Below, piece after piece: positions 60,361 to 64,000 of a stretch of DNA of 64,000 nt; the first letter of the stretch is position 1, and the number at the start of each line of letters is the position of its first letter. Location of the stretch: positions 1,027,759 to 1,091,758 of the forward strand of contig JALDTO010000266.1 in the NCBI GenBank assembly GCA_023515725.1, read 5' to 3'. Under the pieces are notes generated by a model. It saw only the letters and a list, made by a program, of their open reading frames with translations, was not told the origin of the DNA and searched no databases. This stretch comes from Amoeboaphelidium protococcarum X5 (Eukaryota > Fungi > Aphelidiomycota). The translations under genes and the position numbers were made by a program.

Positions 60361-61500
60361 TCACTTGTGTAGAATAATGTAATTGGGCAATCCAATAACT
60401 GGTATTTCCATAGAACGCGCTATCTGGCCTAATCCTTCAGTCTCAATGGTATTGCGGAATGGCACGGTCGGAAATGTTAAACCGTTTCGATGGACGTCGG
60501 CGAGCACCCATAATAGCGACCCACCAACACCGTCTAGCAGGGTTGCATTACTTGTAGATCTCTCTAGTGATTTAAACGACTAGCCAGTAGATAGCCGTCT
60601 CTGGCCAAAATTATTCAAATGGAATTCGCGCGTACATCCTACACCATCCGGTTGGCAGTAACCTTGGAGCAGGATTTGATCATCTCTCAATGGCAAACGT
60701 TAATCAGAATATTTCCACGCATTCAAATCATAGTGACTTAAAATGGAGTATGTGGAATTAGCGTTATGATTAACATTGTTTCTAATCTACTTGCAATTAG
60801 CTGTTACAATCGGCAGTGATAGACGGAGCAAGTCTTGAACGACTGTTTCAGGTACGTACATTATATCACTATCAAGCCACATAACATACTGCTCGCGGCG
60901 TAAAGAGGACTGAAGCAGATAGTTTCTGGACTTGGCCAGTATGACGCGTCTTTACATCTGCATTTGGATATCATGTCGTTACGAGTGCTTAATACGATAG
61001 CCATAATCTTTTCGCAATATCGTGACTCTTGCAAATGTAGAACATAACGAAGACATCCGTTTCACCACCATGTGATACACTTCGTCAGTGGAATCTGATA
61101 CCAAGACGCCAATTGATATTAGATGTTTTGGGTAAGTTAAGGAATTGAGAATTCCAAGATATGATGTCAGATCAGTATCATTAACATCTTTCATTGGTGT
61201 CAGAATAAGGACTCTGTTGTCATCGTGTCCATCCTGTGAAGGCTTAACGCAATCAAAAGAGTCAACGTGAGAATATTTGAGCTAATCACTTATGTTGTAA
61301 TGCTCAGGTTTATATACTGGCCAAAAGTCGAGCCTATTGTCGTTTCTTCTGGAGGTTAATGCACTGCTAGTATCGCGATAAAGATAGAGCCAGACAATTT
61401 GCGAAATGACTATACTGCATAAAGTAAGCCACAGCAGTCTCAACCCACATAAAGGAGACACTTTAAACATATTCATCTTTGAATGGAAATGTAGTACCAT
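60361..61500 (-). CDS. Anp1/Mnn9/Van1-family (GT62) mannosyltransferase, type II membrane, 379 aa
   Basis: VLILTPMKD, LTYPKHLISIGVLVSDS, RRVILAKSRNYLL, WLDSD, YDLNAW, LDGVGG, ADVHRNG..FP and IETEGL. Confidence 0.9.
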
Positions 61501-61784
61501 CTAGATACAAGGATGAACGCGATTAAATCACTGACCGTCTGCAGTGAATGATCTGTCTTAGCTTTACGTAAGTGATGTGATGCAAAAGGTGCTTAAATCT
61601 CCCATCGCAGAGTTGATGCATTACACATTAAAAATCAATCGATGAAAGTCTATGAAAATCAAATGGATAAACGCAACTTGAAATATGCTTGAGAGTCCTG
61701 CAAGGACTAACGCGAAATCGAATCAAATAAAGTCCAATATAGATAGATTGATGGATATGTATATATTAAAACGCTAGAAATCAC

Positions 61785-62174
61785 TCAAGCCTTAACCATC
61801 TTGGAGCGATCCTTACGATCCAACAGATTCTTTCTATCCTTGTCAATTTTGAGCTTAGTGATGACAACATTCGAGGTGTTAATTCCAACAGGCACGCTCT
61901 GTCCATTCACCTTATCTCTGGTGACTCTCTCAATGTGAATAACGTATTTCTTACGGTAGCAGGACACAATCTTGCCTTCTCTTCCCTTGTAGTTTCCACG
62001 TACAATCATGACTTCATCATCCTTGCGCACAGGCAGAGAGCGAACGTGATACTTCTCGCGCAACTCCTTAGACAGAGGTGCGGACATAATAATACGACGC
62101 TCAGAGGATGGAGCGGTGAAATGAGCCTTTCTTGACTTGCGGCGCGATGAGCTAACGTCTTTAGAGAACTTCAT
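61785..62174 (-). CDS. RPL26: 60S ribosomal protein L26 (uL24)
   Basis: [30 protein letters not shown] and LPVRKDDEV; intact in both codes. Confidence 0.98.
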   Translation of the reverse strand: MKFSKDVSSSRRKSRKAHFTAPSSERRIIMSAPLSKELREKYHVRSLPVRKDDEVMIVRGNYKGREGKIVSCYRKKYVIHIERVTRDKVNGQSVPVGINTSNVVITKLKIDKDRKNLLDRKDRSKMVKA

Positions 62175-62273
62175 CTTTAATGTTTTTCTATTTGATTAGT
62201 ATTCACTATTCCTAGACAGTAAGTGTGGTCTAATTGAATGGAATAAATTGGAGGAAATGATGAAAATCGCCTT

Positions 62274-62289
62274 TTCGGTTACTTCGGTT
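62274..62289 (+). promoter_or_regulatory. Candidate ribosomal-protein promoter element TTCGGTTACTTCGGTT (second copy)
   Basis: 100 bp upstream of the RPL26 ATG and identical to 29176-29191; both are followed by a GAC..CGCG tract. Confidence 0.65.
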
Positions 62290-62499
62290 AGACGCGCGCT
62301 TTGAAGCAACGTCTCTCATTGTTGTCTGTCCCATTGGCGGCCTGGGATAAAAGCGCGCGATTGGCTTTGACGCTCTGCTCGCGGCGCGTCCCGTCTTTTC
62401 TCTTCTCGCTTTGCGTCGCCCTGGTACGTTCGTTCATTCTCGTATTGTTTTGAGTGATTTTTGGCAATAATATTGAATCTGGTGTATATTTTTTTCAAG

Positions 62500-62766
62500 A
62501 TGCAGCTATCTGACCAGCTATGTCGTGATATAGTTCAGAGAGTTATCGTATAGTTTATCAGGATATCTACTGATTATGATTCCTTGTCAAAGTGTGCATT
62601 GGATACTCTCACGGAGGCATATATTAACTACATGTCTGAACTTCTGCGCATCCTTAAATAACGATCAGAATTAAGCGGACGAACTATGGTTACCAAGTAC
62701 GACTTAGAAGAACTGTTGGATAAACTTAGTATGCAGAATAAATAATCAAGCAGGATCAATGCAACT
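62500..62766 (+). CDS. TAF3/TAF8-like bromodomain-associated (BTP) histone-fold domain, apparently interrupted by a transposon
   Basis: RDIVQRVIVQF...YDSLSKCALDTLTEAYINYMSEL...RSELSGRT...DL; no stop follows and the frame runs into the element. Confidence 0.75.
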
Positions 62767-64000
62767 TGTGGATACGTCAAATGCTCGTCCCTAGCTGAAA
62801 TGGTCATATTATCTAAGCGGCGATCAGTTGAGAAATCATTTCAACCGCGAATACGGAGTTCGAGAAACGCAAAACCGCCTCGCAGTTTAAAATTACTAAA
62901 CATAGAAAGTAAAATGAAAGTTCCCATTAATATTTTAAATGATTTTTAATTTTTATTTTGTTTTGTAATTTTAAAAATAAATTCATTGCTATTTTGTTTC
63001 TTATCATGCACTATATCCGCCTTATAATAGGGGACATCTTAACTCGAATTCATTTTTTGCAGCAAAATGTCTTAAGAAATCGACTTGGAACAGGTACGGC
63101 AGTTAGTAAATTAAGGTTTGAAGCGCAAGGAAATTTTAGATACTCTAAATTCTAGTGGAACAATCTGCTCCAAGTCCAAATTGGACCGGTTTATGACTGA
63201 ACATGGATTGAGTACTGCTTTAAATAGAGCCACATTTGCGGATTAAAGTGAACATTGGATTGAAGAAGCTCGCCATCTAATTAATGGCGGGTCCACTTAA
63301 CAATAATTATTGGATTGGCTGAAATAGAAGCATAATATTTAAATGTCCTTAAGGACTTTGCAATCGATTTTGTCGCAGCATTAAATTGGAACGAGACATT
63401 GTGCGCTATCTCCTGTCGAAGTTTTGGATTTAGTGCATGTTGTAAATCAGGATGAAGGTGAAAGATTGGGAATTAGATCAACTACATAAGTCCTTCGTGA
63501 ACTATCAGGCCAATAAGTATCTCGAGACATGGTTATGGTTTGCTAAAGATTCGACAATCCAGAGGCTGTGTAAATGCGTAAAAGGCGCAAGTTGAAACGC
63601 CGTGAATATTAAAATGATGGTCCTAATTAAGTGTGGCATATAGATGGCTTCGATAAGCTGTCGTAGTTTGGCTTTGGAATAAGTGCGTGTGTAGATGGTT
63701 TTAGTAGGTATGTTGTGTTTAGTATGGTCGCAGATACGAATAGGCCCGCGCGTTACATACTGGAATATTTTCTGGATGCGGCTGACAAATGCAATGTTAT
63801 GCCTGGAAAAGTTCGTGTTGATGGCGGAACTGAGAACAATTACATCAAGTAATTGCAAGAAATATTGGTAGGTGAGAACTCTTATATTGTGGGTTCATCC
63901 AATTTCAATACGCGTATAGAAAGTTACTGGGGCAGATAGAATCATTATGGGCTTGAATATTGGATAGGAACGCTGAACAATCTTCACTTTGCAGGTTATT
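62767..64000 (+). mobile_element. IS3/IS481-like eukaryotic DDE transposon (left part); transposase ATG at 63067, running off the window
   Basis: Two HTH-like repeats, then RREY...GPNQVWHIDGFDKL..FGF.I..CVDGFSR, VRVDGGTEN and GSSNFNTRIESYW (D 63643, D 63820, E 63919). The left end is inferred from a TGT at 62767 followed by an AT-rich leader. Confidence 0.85.

Overview
This is gene-dense eukaryotic nuclear DNA with about 38 protein-coding loci in 64 kb and few, short introns. It does not use the standard genetic code: TAA and TAG are read as Gln and TGA is the only stop (translation table 6). The supplied ORF track therefore breaks nearly every gene into fragments and misses some completely (YqgF/RuvX, MRP49-like, RPS27, a CTLH protein, a glutaredoxin-like gene, a TAF histone fold, a transposase). 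Fungal-type genes (Ugo1, Atg15, Anp1/Mnn9, Zn2Cys6, Ilv5) sit beside genes lost from yeasts (exportin-6, CDK20, PPM1E/F-like). Together with TAR=Gln, this points by inference to an aphelid such as Amoeboaphelidium protococcarum. Main observations: (1) all 19 coding introns I could place end in TGTAG; (2) an identical 16-mer, TTCGGTTACTTCGGTT, lies 100-120 bp upstream of both cytosolic ribosomal protein genes; (3) an IS3/IS481-like DDE transposase is in one TGA-free frame with an upstream TAF3/TAF8 histone fold; (4) a bacterial-type YqgF/RuvX nuclease is written in the host code; (5) there are Crinkler-like effector genes and several frameshifted relics. All translations and coordinates were done by hand under table 6 and no database searches were run.
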